Of a DNA stretch of 49,603 nucleotides, positions 22,301 through 29,297 are shown in pieces. Numbering within the stretch: position 1 is the first letter of the stretch; every line of letters begins with the position of its first letter. The stretch is taken from positions 1 to 49,603 of the IMG/VR virus record IMGVR_UViG_3300047409_000319; one strand, given 5' to 3'. The notes beneath the pieces were generated by a model. That model was not told the origin of the DNA. It worked only from the letters and a program-made list of their open reading frames with translations, and ran no database searches. The position numbers and the translations under genes were made by a program. The DNA is from a virus (lineage: Duplodnaviria; Caudoviricetes).

Positions 22301-23765
22301 AGAATACGTAAAGGTACCCGGTGGGGTCAGCGGTCAGCACTGGTGGAATGAGAAAGAATCTCAGTCAGTTTTCCTGCAGGATAATGGAGACTGGTCCGTT
22401 CATAACCCCCATGCAAAGGCGAATGAGAAGTCCATCAAGAAGGGTTCAGGTTTTACTCCACTGATAAATCATTTGGATGATCTAAAGGAAAACAAGGGCA
22501 AGGTCAATGTTCCTGACCCTGACGTACAGGACCTGTTGGACTGGGCGAATAAGAAGGGAAAATACGCCCCTGAACCTCAGTCGCTTAAAGCCCCTGAAAT
22601 AGTAACTAACATTGAAACAGCCGTTAAAAAGGCCGGATGGGAATTTAACGGAAAGCACCCAGATGGATATGACACCTGGAAAAAGGGTAAAGAATCCCTT
22701 ATACTTAAGGACAATGGGGACTGGGAATATATAGATTTTGGAAAAAAGGCCCGTGGAGAATCATTTAGCGAACCACACCAAGGTTGGGGCCTACATGCAC
22801 TCCAGCCATTTATCGAGAAACAATCCGAAAAGGTATCCAATAAGGACAATTTCTGGGCAGCACAGAAATTCTTAGAGGATAAAGGTTCTAACCCCATAGA
22901 ACTTGGGAAAATGTCACCTCCTCAAGTTATACAACATGCATTGGATAATGGTTGGGCACCTGTTACCAAAGGTAAATCTAATATAACTACATTACCAGTT
23001 AAGCCATTAACCCCACAGCAAAAGGCCGCTGGGTACACACAACTTGTGTATCACGGTAAAGAATCATCTGATCCATTGCAGCCACATGCGGGTATGCACT
23101 TTGGTACCAAGGCGGCAGCTACAGATAGGTTGACAATTTCCTCTAACGGCAAGGGCACCATTCACCCAGCCTATTTGAAAAGGGGCAAATACCTGGAAAT
23201 GCCAGACCAAGGTGAAGATGATTGGGGCTGGGCCTTAACTCGCCATTTAGGATTACCTGTTGACTCTGACCCATTTGAACATCTTCGGAAACAGGGTTAT
23301 CTTGGTATCAAATATAAAAATGATGCTGAGGACATAGGTTCATATTCCTACATTATTGCTGACCCAAGTGCGGTTCTAACACCCGGTAGTAAGGCAAGCC
23401 CTACCCTCATCCCTCAGAAGGAAAAGCCCAAGCACGGGCAGGCGGCGTTGCACTTCAAAGGTAACGTGTATTCCGCTGATTTTCATGCCGAAGCGTTGGA
23501 TAAAATGCTAAAGTTAAACGGCTACCCCAAGGCTAAGGAAGGTGGCATTGACCTGTTCCTGAAGGACCACCCGGAAGCGGACAATCTGACCTCAGACCAC
23601 TGGGGCGGCATAACCAAGACGGGTGAATATCACCCGTTCACAAAGGAACTTGGTGAAGCTGTACCTATGCCCATTGACCAACACCGCAGGCTTGGCGGTC
23701 GGGTGGTGGATCTGCGAGGTGCCGTTGCACTGTTGAAAGCAAAGAGGGCTAAAGCAAATGCATAA
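16314..23765 (+). CDS. Large polyvalent protein (conserved N-terminal domain, ParB-like, Nudix, VIP2/Alt-like ADP-ribosyltransferase, repeats, second ART-like domain)
   Basis: 2483 aa; 'PGG.NYRELL', 'EELQSDWHQ'; 'PPIV...ILGGNTRL'; Nudix box 'KGRLEPGLSPQANAIKEAYEETG'; ART 'LWRGI...ATSLS...ENEVIL'; 'VYHG...GMHFGT..AA..R...G..GIKY.N..ED.GS.SYI'. Confidence 0.85.
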   Translation: MAIIPDWSEADPGYGGATPPPIDLDTYIHTLRSNPMISQAPQKGKPRPYGATYQGVGHPEDNAVSKIAGSILEGSRADEPLGMDYNGPAEQDMQKAFGYQTPQYYAAEAIARPIATIGDLGSRIFGGVQAGVAETAKQALLAGGAREGTAQSLSNDIGGMFESEGTRQMAEGPGMRAKAKGIDYDIPKHGEILPPEALPYTVPKVEKPGPTIEGEAVGPKRLAAPPKQLPGPKPSEVEKAIQEQQQRQQREQQKQAPTLPDTMQPQPEQPWQGKTAPKFYSHAEKVAAEKLPPRAPIAQVAATLKNSGIHSEELAPIEKWLKDEAKLRPDITKNEVLAKIRETTPQIEEAVKSEQLDNSQNFHQKVLEWMQEKGYPEKDITDWVNDWDPQASQRIAKEYRDAHPSRTKYHEYQVPGGNNYRELLMKLPSSTSKVEKAKLIDESAKKLANSFGVNWEDLPEENRNRYRERVQEIDPQGGGARNPGDFTSTHWPDDPNTLAHTRVNDRVIDGKKTLFAEELQSDWHQNGRKIGYGKAEPLTPEERAEFQKLESLPDKVRTPEQTARRDELVHKSDAFHRGDGVPDAPFKKTWPELLLKRLVSEAAEKGHDQLAWTDGATQASRYDLSHHVDQLTWDPKSGELKGMKGDPPREVVNESNVPAEKLPDYIGKEAADKMINNPTSKYSWGTHVLEGQDLKVGGAGMKGFYDTMLPNMANKLFGKWGAKVEQRTIKVNRSPTSFKTQEEYLNHPGDNKTVHVLPITPELRAKALNEGFPLFSGADKVAGPVVQPKLPTPPKKVLTTQEKQRARQQKKQAGLPTLPEDMQAQPTQQWQAQSKSADWASKFLTDHPGADLNEPFPGYHVIYHEGKSYTADNPQGLNHPDDLYNLKSYKAASKKYWENSHAPTTDEERRVEPDLPPEPEPTPKTETSLPPHIISQYTTETQGKQLSLYPKQFMREYTDAEFPWEWREYDKYGRGAVPDAFKDQADFKAKYDAAPLVHLKEDAIKKMDYATAGSYFGKGEDYARESFAHHRDMGRILDQIHNKDVAPPIVLLTDKGLRILGGNTRLSTAAALNYNLPVKLIDVRKTMGVEQGAPMQAWHNAPKTIDEWANVEGQNPDLKEPPLASAKGLPLATGIVIQEKDGSIWLMHPKGQYGGYNATFPKGRLEPGLSPQANAIKEAYEETGFKVKILSHLLDLDKTTTRTRYYLGERVGGKPTIGPETEKVSRVTLDQLRGIADHPSDLPVIKKLEAQKPLLLGWRGPNAGKGIEKEGVKPYKRLLQKYPEHQEVFEPHHVQAISDWTNGTYGDIGRHIYNGDKLGSTSAKTMRGLDDLLEKATLPTNLTLWRGINRYVYNDLQRLKPGDVWDSAGGYQATSLSHSFASGWKEKHYKIIAPRGTRGAIVGKHTAASTTENEVILPRAQPMFYQGRDHEGVMTFQIKEEAPRFTQLPPELAGAAYDPNFVQKPKSKTTPIPKPTREDIADAKDYLDSQSYGQEKIGGMTDNEVIQTAMDEGWLPPAVSPASSPASAPSDWKVVGNPTGGGFSIEHPVHGLGLKSNGLGHEVWPTKEQAKAAIKYYDHTGVKGKPEAKKDFGNLAEKLAKHPENLTSANQYLLNNGLGITLKEGNLMPTFDVFNKGVIQKALDHGWKPEAKKDFGNLAEELAKHAPNYDAAKRYLWDQGKSAHMNDAGKIYKGVQGVIQAALDHGWKPKTVAPQGTGSPAEIMKYQKFEGLANEMAKNPKNMDNAVHYLLNHPDMYHINDMKNWTPKEKIQEALFQNWQPKVIEPPPDLQAEAKAWLQSQMTDPIAPDQDYVKWARQYGWNPDKPALQKPSNTPHVAGGTKEGNLASFIGNIKDAGWTKGSGDTWNNADKTKTMFIYPTNESWDLYDNKSGTYLQSGKGFQELQKHLDKQSLPVKKSVEDKLNEAGWVQSEGAASHVWHSPKYDYKLILEKHGDWTVYPNDGSGRILGEGNGPIKLDKFLPGKPPSITEESLKDAEYVKVPGGVSGQHWWNEKESQSVFLQDNGDWSVHNPHAKANEKSIKKGSGFTPLINHLDDLKENKGKVNVPDPDVQDLLDWANKKGKYAPEPQSLKAPEIVTNIETAVKKAGWEFNGKHPDGYDTWKKGKESLILKDNGDWEYIDFGKKARGESFSEPHQGWGLHALQPFIEKQSEKVSNKDNFWAAQKFLEDKGSNPIELGKMSPPQVIQHALDNGWAPVTKGKSNITTLPVKPLTPQQKAAGYTQLVYHGKESSDPLQPHAGMHFGTKAAATDRLTISSNGKGTIHPAYLKRGKYLEMPDQGEDDWGWALTRHLGLPVDSDPFEHLRKQGYLGIKYKNDAEDIGSYSYIIADPSAVLTPGSKASPTLIPQKEKPKHGQAALHFKGNVYSADFHAEALDKMLKLNGYPKAKEGGIDLFLKDHPEADNLTSDHWGGITKTGEYHPFTKELGEAVPMPIDQHRRLGGRVVDLRGAVALLKAKRAKANA

Positions 23766-23967
23766 GGAAAATTCCCCCGAGGAAACCCCTGAATGGATGA
23801 CCCCGGAATACCGGAAAAAGCGGATGACACAGGAATATTCCGGGTCAGTACGGGACAAAAATGGTAATTGGGTGCCACTTAACCCCAACCGACCACCCGT
23901 AACCGTCCCGCCAAGTCCTATAGGAGCCCCGCCAGAGCGTTTTAAAGGTAAGCCGGGTACCAAGTAG
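23758..23967 (+). CDS. Hypothetical protein
   Basis: 69-aa ORF overlapping the end of the giant gene, with GAGGG RBS. Confidence 0.45.
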   Translation: MHKENSPEETPEWMTPEYRKKRMTQEYSGSVRDKNGNWVPLNPNRPPVTVPPSPIGAPPERFKGKPGTK

Positions 23968-24006
23968 CCACCAGTCCCTAAGATGCGTCTACGGGGCATC
24001 CCAGGG

Positions 24007-25476
24007 CTAAACAAGCCAGTCCCTGATTTTATCCCCTACCACCAGTGAGGCTAGGTCAAGTCGTTCCCGCAGCGACTTGACTATTTTTTCCTCTACCGTG
24101 TTGGCAGTGATCAGATCATGGTATACTACACTACTGTGATGTTCTGACCCTTTCCTCCGAGTCCTAGCCTCAGCGTTCAGCCGTAGTTCAAGGTCCGGGG
24201 GGTTACTGTAGAAAACGGCGTGCCGTGCAACCACCAAGTCGTTAATCCCTCGGCCTCCAGCCATCTGGCTCCCAACAAAGAAACGACACTCAGGGTCATG
24301 GGCGAAACGGTGAAGGTTTTCAGCCCGTTGAGTTTCAGTTGTTTCGCCGTAATACTGGACAGTTGATCCGGTGCCAAACTTTTTCCAAAGGGCATAAGTA
24401 ATTTCTTGAATTGAATGCCGCCAGTGTGACCAAATCACTATTTTCTCAGTTTCACCTATTTCTTCTATCAACTCGAATAACTCATCAAGCTTGTCACACG
24501 GCAATACACTCAATGCTCCATCTTCAGTAGTTACATGGCCGCAAGCTATCTGATGCAATCGCATGATCAACGTGATGGCCAGTGTTGCGGTTACATGCCC
24601 CCCGCCATCCAACTCTGATGTGGCTTGGTTACATAGGTCACGGTAAACACGCCGAGTTTCGGCTGGCATCTCCACCTCCCGTTTAACGTACTGCAACGGC
24701 GGCAGGTCCAGACAATCATCTGCCCTGACACGGGAGGAATAGGGGCTGATCTTCGACCACAGTTCAGCCGTATTTTTATAACCCACCACTTGTTGAATAG
24801 TACGTGAGCCAAGGTACAGCGGTTGAATAACGGCATAACGTATGCGGTACGTGAAGAATGACTTGTGGCCCAGTATCTTCCAATCCAGTACCTGAAATTG
24901 CGAATACAGGTCAAGGGAAGACCGTGGAGCCGGAAACCCGGTAAGTATCCGCCGATACTTGGCATGATCAGCAAGCTTGATAACTTTCTTGGTACGCTTG
25001 GCAGATGGAGACTTCAATTGAGTACTTTCATCGCATACCAACATGCACTGTCGCCGTGTGAGAAAATCCATGCATACGTCAAAGGCTCGGTTGCCGTTTG
25101 ACAGTGCTTCAGTGTTGACTACCAGTATGACCAATCCCTTTTGGTCTTTCATTTGTGACAACTGCCACTTTTCCAATTTTGTATGCCCACCAGTCCATCT
25201 TGTGAGAAATACTGGAAATATCCTTGGGTCTAAATTCAAACACCAATGGCTTGTCTCAGGATTTTCCTCTGACCAATCCCGGTAAACCCCCTTGGGTGCC
25301 AGTATCAGCACTCCGTTGATCTTGCCCTCGGTGTACAGTCTCCCAGCATCGGCTACTATGACGGCGGACTTGCCCGTACCAAACTCCATCAGCAGTGCCC
25401 AGGATTCCTGGCCCAGCATACGGGAGAGTTCGGTGGCTTGGTGGGCGAGCAGGGGACGAGCGGGTTGATAGGTCAT
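24007..25476 (-). CDS. SNF2-family helicase
   Basis: Walker A 'EFGTGKS', DEST motif II, 'LTGFP' motif III, 'GGRGIN', 'EARTRR' motif VI; ATG at 25476. Confidence 0.9.
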   Translation of the reverse strand: MTYQPARPLLAHQATELSRMLGQESWALLMEFGTGKSAVIVADAGRLYTEGKINGVLILAPKGVYRDWSEENPETSHWCLNLDPRIFPVFLTRWTGGHTKLEKWQLSQMKDQKGLVILVVNTEALSNGNRAFDVCMDFLTRRQCMLVCDESTQLKSPSAKRTKKVIKLADHAKYRRILTGFPAPRSSLDLYSQFQVLDWKILGHKSFFTYRIRYAVIQPLYLGSRTIQQVVGYKNTAELWSKISPYSSRVRADDCLDLPPLQYVKREVEMPAETRRVYRDLCNQATSELDGGGHVTATLAITLIMRLHQIACGHVTTEDGALSVLPCDKLDELFELIEEIGETEKIVIWSHWRHSIQEITYALWKKFGTGSTVQYYGETTETQRAENLHRFAHDPECRFFVGSQMAGGRGINDLVVARHAVFYSNPPDLELRLNAEARTRRKGSEHHSSVVYHDLITANTVEEKIVKSLRERLDLASLVVGDKIRDWLV

Positions 25477-25481
25477 AACAC

Positions 25482-25511
25482 TGCCTAGCAAGGGGCAGGG
25501 GGTGGTGTAAA
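25482..25511 (-). promoter_or_regulatory. sigma70-like promoter for helicase (TTTACA-N18-TAGGCA)
   Basis: Same -35 hexamer as the other promoters in the window; -10 lies 5 nt before the ATG. Confidence 0.5.
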
Positions 25512-25526
25512 GGCAAAATGATACGA

Positions 25527-25775
25527 ATTCCCCCGGTACAGGGGGAATATACTACACGCGGGTATATAACGCGCGAGGAAAGGTCCTAAGGAAAAACTAT
25601 TAAAGTTGGAAGCTCCGTATTCCCCTGCCAATAGCTTGATTGCTGAACAAACCCAACAGGTTAGTGGTGGACTATTGGCCTATTGGCCTATTGGCTTCGT
25701 GTGCAATAGTGTGCAAAGTGCCTTAGGAGCAAACGCCAATAGGGGCAATAAAGCAATAGTCCTCGCGTACGCGAG
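25527..25775. repeat. Non-coding element A: hairpin, 70-bp core, CCAATAG/CTATTGG iterons, 14-bp palindrome (candidate origin)
   Basis: ATTCCCCC/GGGGGAAT hairpin 25527-25548; core 25555-25624; (CTATTGGC)x3 at 25672-25695; GCCAATAG at 25627 and 25735; CTCGCGTACGCGAG at 25762-25775. Confidence 0.8.
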
Positions 25776-25889
25776 CACGATACCCTTCCTAAAGGTTTCC
25801 CGGGACCACTGGCTATTATTTCAACTATTACTTAGTTGCGGCGACAATACCCGGCTGGTAAGGTATTTGTTCATAATGGTGGGATTATC

Positions 25890-26258
25890 ATGAACAATGA
25901 TCCATACGATTTTAGGTACAATGAATTTGAGATTCAAGCAGAAGCATATTCACTTCTAAGGGCAGCAGGATATTTGGTTAGGGGAGAATTCACGTTTAGA
26001 AATAAAAATCCACCATATTGGCATGAAACTAAACAGAGGATGGTAAGGGGTAGGGGTGGAAGATTTGATTTAGTCATTCTGGACCAAGAAAATGAAATAT
26101 TACTCATTATAGAAGTTAAGAAATACGCACAAGGTAAGGGTAATTCACGTGGCACTTATTATGAATTGTTAACCGGCAAACCATGCATTTACGTGAGGGG
26201 AATGGAAGAAGCCGAGAATGTAGTGGAGACTGTAAGGAAAATAATTGAAGCAAGTTAA
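25890..26258 (+). CDS. PD-(D/E)xK nuclease-like protein
   Basis: 'E..IQ...Y..L', 'RFDLVI...LIIEVK'; AT-rich relative to its flanks. Confidence 0.7.
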   Translation: MNNDPYDFRYNEFEIQAEAYSLLRAAGYLVRGEFTFRNKNPPYWHETKQRMVRGRGGRFDLVILDQENEILLIIEVKKYAQGKGNSRGTYYELLTGKPCIYVRGMEEAENVVETVRKIIEAS

Positions 26259-26284
26259 CTCCACCTGATTTATGAACAATTACC

Positions 26285-26313
26285 TTTACACTGGAGTTTA
26301 GCCAGCTTAGGTT
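26285..26313 (+). promoter_or_regulatory. sigma70-like promoter of replication operon
   Basis: TTTACA-N17-TAGGTT upstream of an AGGAGG RBS. Confidence 0.6.
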
Positions 26314-26339
26314 GGGTACCCCACCAAGGAGGATAGGTG

Positions 26340-26939
26340 ATGTTGCAAAATACTGCGCCCGATTTTCTGGAAGACGAAACGGGTGACCCCCCTGATCAAG
26401 ACAAGCTGGCAAGGCTGGTACAACTTTCCGAGGAATTGGTGGCACAGGCCACAGCTATAACCACCCTTGAAGAAAAGCTCGAATTTGCCAAGGCCCGCCA
26501 GCGCGAACTGGCCCACCGAACCATCCCTGATGCCATGGACGAGGCGGGGGTTGACCACATTGGCCTCCCGGATATTGGGGTTGACATACGGATCAAGCCT
26601 TGGTTTGATGGATCGCTGCCGAAACGGGAAGACCAAGTGCGGCGGCAAGCTGCGATGGAATGGCTGGTGGAAGAAGGTCATGGTGACCTTATCAAGACGA
26701 CTGTATCAGTTACATTCGGTAGAGGCGAGCATAACCAAGCCCTTACGCTGGTTAATCAGATGAATGACTTTATGTTCACTGAGGGCTGGAATAACCTTGC
26801 CACCATGAATGAAGACGTACACCACATGACCTACAAAGCATTTCTGCGTGAACAGGTTGAGGCGGGTGTTGCACTTCCCCTTGATACGCTTAATGCTACA
26901 GTTGGCCGGGTGGCCAAAATCGAACAAAGGAGAAAGTAA
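26340..26939 (+). CDS. Conserved phage replication-module protein
   Basis: 'IPDAMDEAG', 'A..WL...GHGDLIK..V', 'VH..T.KAFLREQ.E.G' pattern; precedes the SSB. Confidence 0.65.
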   Translation: MLQNTAPDFLEDETGDPPDQDKLARLVQLSEELVAQATAITTLEEKLEFAKARQRELAHRTIPDAMDEAGVDHIGLPDIGVDIRIKPWFDGSLPKREDQVRRQAAMEWLVEEGHGDLIKTTVSVTFGRGEHNQALTLVNQMNDFMFTEGWNNLATMNEDVHHMTYKAFLREQVEAGVALPLDTLNATVGRVAKIEQRRK

Positions 26940-27761
26940 ATGGCTAAAGCTGCGAATGTTACATCATTGGTACCAAAGGACGAACAACTTCCGTCTGAAA
27001 TGTTGGAGCAGTTTGAGTTTAATGCTGGGGAAGGTGTATCTACTTCAGCAGAAGATAACCTTGTACCGTTTGTAGGCGTGCTACAGGCACTGTCCCCCCA
27101 GATTTCTAAGCGTGACCCCAAGTACATCAATGGTGCTGAGGAAGGGGATATCCTAGTTACTTCACTTAACCGTTTCTGGAAAGGCGAAACGGGCATACTT
27201 TTTCAGCCGTGTGCATTTCAGCGAGATTTCGTGGAGTGGAAACCTAGGGATGCCGGGGGTGGGTTTATCGGCCGTCACCCGCAGATGCCTACTACAGCTA
27301 AGGAGGTACCGAACCCCAAGGATCCAAATAAGCGGCGTTGGGTTATGCCCGCTGGTACCGAGATTGTGGATACCCGTTACCATTTCGGCTATATTCTCAA
27401 TGGAGACCAAGCACAGGGTGATGGCCCGCAGCTTGGCCCCATGCAAGCGGTTATCGCGTTGTCGTCCACCGGGCACACCTTCTCCCGTTCATGGATGACC
27501 CAAATGTCACAGTTGAGGTTGCCATCTGGCAAGGGTGCGCCGTCCCGTGCCCATAAGTACCGGCTAACTACTATGCCTACCTCCAATGCCATCGGCAAGT
27601 GGTTTAAGTTCAGCTTAAAGAGTGAAGGGTGGATTACTGATGCTGAACAGTATGCGGCGGGTACGGCCTTGTTCCAGGCAATCCGTGACGGTTCGCTAAA
27701 GGCGGCAACCCCTGAAGGTGCAGGGGGTTCTGCCGGGGTTGAAGAAGAAACCCCCTTCTAG
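26940..27761 (+). CDS. Single-stranded DNA-binding protein (phage type)
   Basis: 'P...LQALSPQ', 'FVEWKPR..GGGF', acidic tail ending EEETPF. Confidence 0.7.
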   Translation: MAKAANVTSLVPKDEQLPSEMLEQFEFNAGEGVSTSAEDNLVPFVGVLQALSPQISKRDPKYINGAEEGDILVTSLNRFWKGETGILFQPCAFQRDFVEWKPRDAGGGFIGRHPQMPTTAKEVPNPKDPNKRRWVMPAGTEIVDTRYHFGYILNGDQAQGDGPQLGPMQAVIALSSTGHTFSRSWMTQMSQLRLPSGKGAPSRAHKYRLTTMPTSNAIGKWFKFSLKSEGWITDAEQYAAGTALFQAIRDGSLKAATPEGAGGSAGVEEETPF

Positions 27762-27770
27762 TCTGACCCC

Positions 27771-29297
27771 ATGTCAGCCGCTGCACAGGCGCTCCTCTCA
27801 TTATTTGAGGGGAGCGCGGAGGCTCACGGCACCTACACGGCTAACGGTGCTGTACCCCTTGGCACCAAGGTTGAAATCAAAAGCTCGGCTCGCACCTTGC
27901 GTGAGCCAGCATCTGAAGAAATATGGGATAACCACCTAGCGGGTAAAACCCCGCTGGGGGTTATTCCTTTACGTGCTGATGACATGATAGTTTGGGCCTG
28001 TGGTGATATCGACAAGTATGATATTAACCACGGTGAAATAGTACGGAAAATAGCCCAATACAAGCTGCCCCTGATACTGACCAAGTCCAAGTCAGGTGGG
28101 GCACATATATTCCTTTTCCTAAGTTCCCCAGCGGACCCTGCCCACATTCAAACCTGGATGCGAGTGCAGATGGCTTTGCTGGGCTATGGCACCTGTGAAA
28201 TATTCCCCAAGCAAACTAAGATACTGCGCGACCGGGGGGATTTGGGCAACTGGATAGTCATGCCTTACTTTGGGCAGACACAGGAAGCTATCCGTGCCAA
28301 TGGGGGTGCGCTAACGGTAGATGAATTTATACGGGAGGCGCAGAGGTTACGGCAAAATCCAGATGATCTGGTGGTCAAGCAACCAAAGTCAAATGGAGAT
28401 GCAGACAATACTGACATAGTGGATGGTCCACCTTGCCTACAGCATTTGATCGTCGCTGGCTTCCCTGAAGGTACACGCAACAAAGGCTTGTTTGCATTGG
28501 GGGTTTACTGCCGCAAAAAGTGGCCTGACCAGTGGCAGCGCCGGTTGGAGGAATACAACCAAAATTCAATGCGACCACCACTCCCGGCTGACGAAGTAAT
28601 GGCTGTGGTAAGGTCATTAGAGAAAAGGGATTATCAGTATAGTTGTAATGACATACCCTTGGTGAACCATTGTAATGCTCCTCTATGCCGGATGCGTACT
28701 TATGGGGTTGGGGGTGACGGCGGGGATATACCAGTTATCTCGGGGCTTTCAGTAATAGATGCAGATCCACCTATTTGGTTCCTGGATATAGGGGACCAGA
28801 GGATGGAGTTATCTACTGATGAACTACTGAATTACAGGCTATTCCAAAAACGTTGCACTGAAAAGCTATTCCAAATCTGGCGCACCCTGAAGCAAGACAC
28901 TTGGATGCGCATGGTGGGCAAGGCTATGGAGTCTGTGTCCCACATCGAAGTATCCCAGGAAATATCTCCCCAAGGGCACTTTCACGAATTAATCGAGGAA
29001 TTTTGTACTAACCGTACCCGTGGCACCCGTCCAGAGGACTTGTTCACAAAGCGGGTATACCATGCCGAACCAGAAGACCGATATTACTTCCGCATTGGTG
29101 ACTTGCAGAAGCATGTAGAAAAGGCCGGGATGAAAATGGACCGGCCCACACTAATAGCCAGAGTACGAGAATTAGGGGGTGGTAAGAAATTCCTTAATAT
29201 TAAGGGGCGCGGGGTTAATACTTGGTGGGTGGAACAAGGGTCAGTGGAATTTACTCCACCGATAGATCCACCGGAATTACAGCAGGAGGTTATGTAG
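27771..29297 (+). CDS. AEP-superfamily primase with PriCT-like domain
   Basis: DID motif, 'SKSGGAH', 'EIFPKQ', 'GNWI.MPY'; 'PPCL...GTRN..LF.LG' PriCT; Cys cluster. Confidence 0.85.
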   Translation: MSAAAQALLSLFEGSAEAHGTYTANGAVPLGTKVEIKSSARTLREPASEEIWDNHLAGKTPLGVIPLRADDMIVWACGDIDKYDINHGEIVRKIAQYKLPLILTKSKSGGAHIFLFLSSPADPAHIQTWMRVQMALLGYGTCEIFPKQTKILRDRGDLGNWIVMPYFGQTQEAIRANGGALTVDEFIREAQRLRQNPDDLVVKQPKSNGDADNTDIVDGPPCLQHLIVAGFPEGTRNKGLFALGVYCRKKWPDQWQRRLEEYNQNSMRPPLPADEVMAVVRSLEKRDYQYSCNDIPLVNHCNAPLCRMRTYGVGGDGGDIPVISGLSVIDADPPIWFLDIGDQRMELSTDELLNYRLFQKRCTEKLFQIWRTLKQDTWMRMVGKAMESVSHIEVSQEISPQGHFHELIEEFCTNRTRGTRPEDLFTKRVYHAEPEDRYYFRIGDLQKHVEKAGMKMDRPTLIARVRELGGGKKFLNIKGRGVNTWWVEQGSVEFTPPIDPPELQQEVM

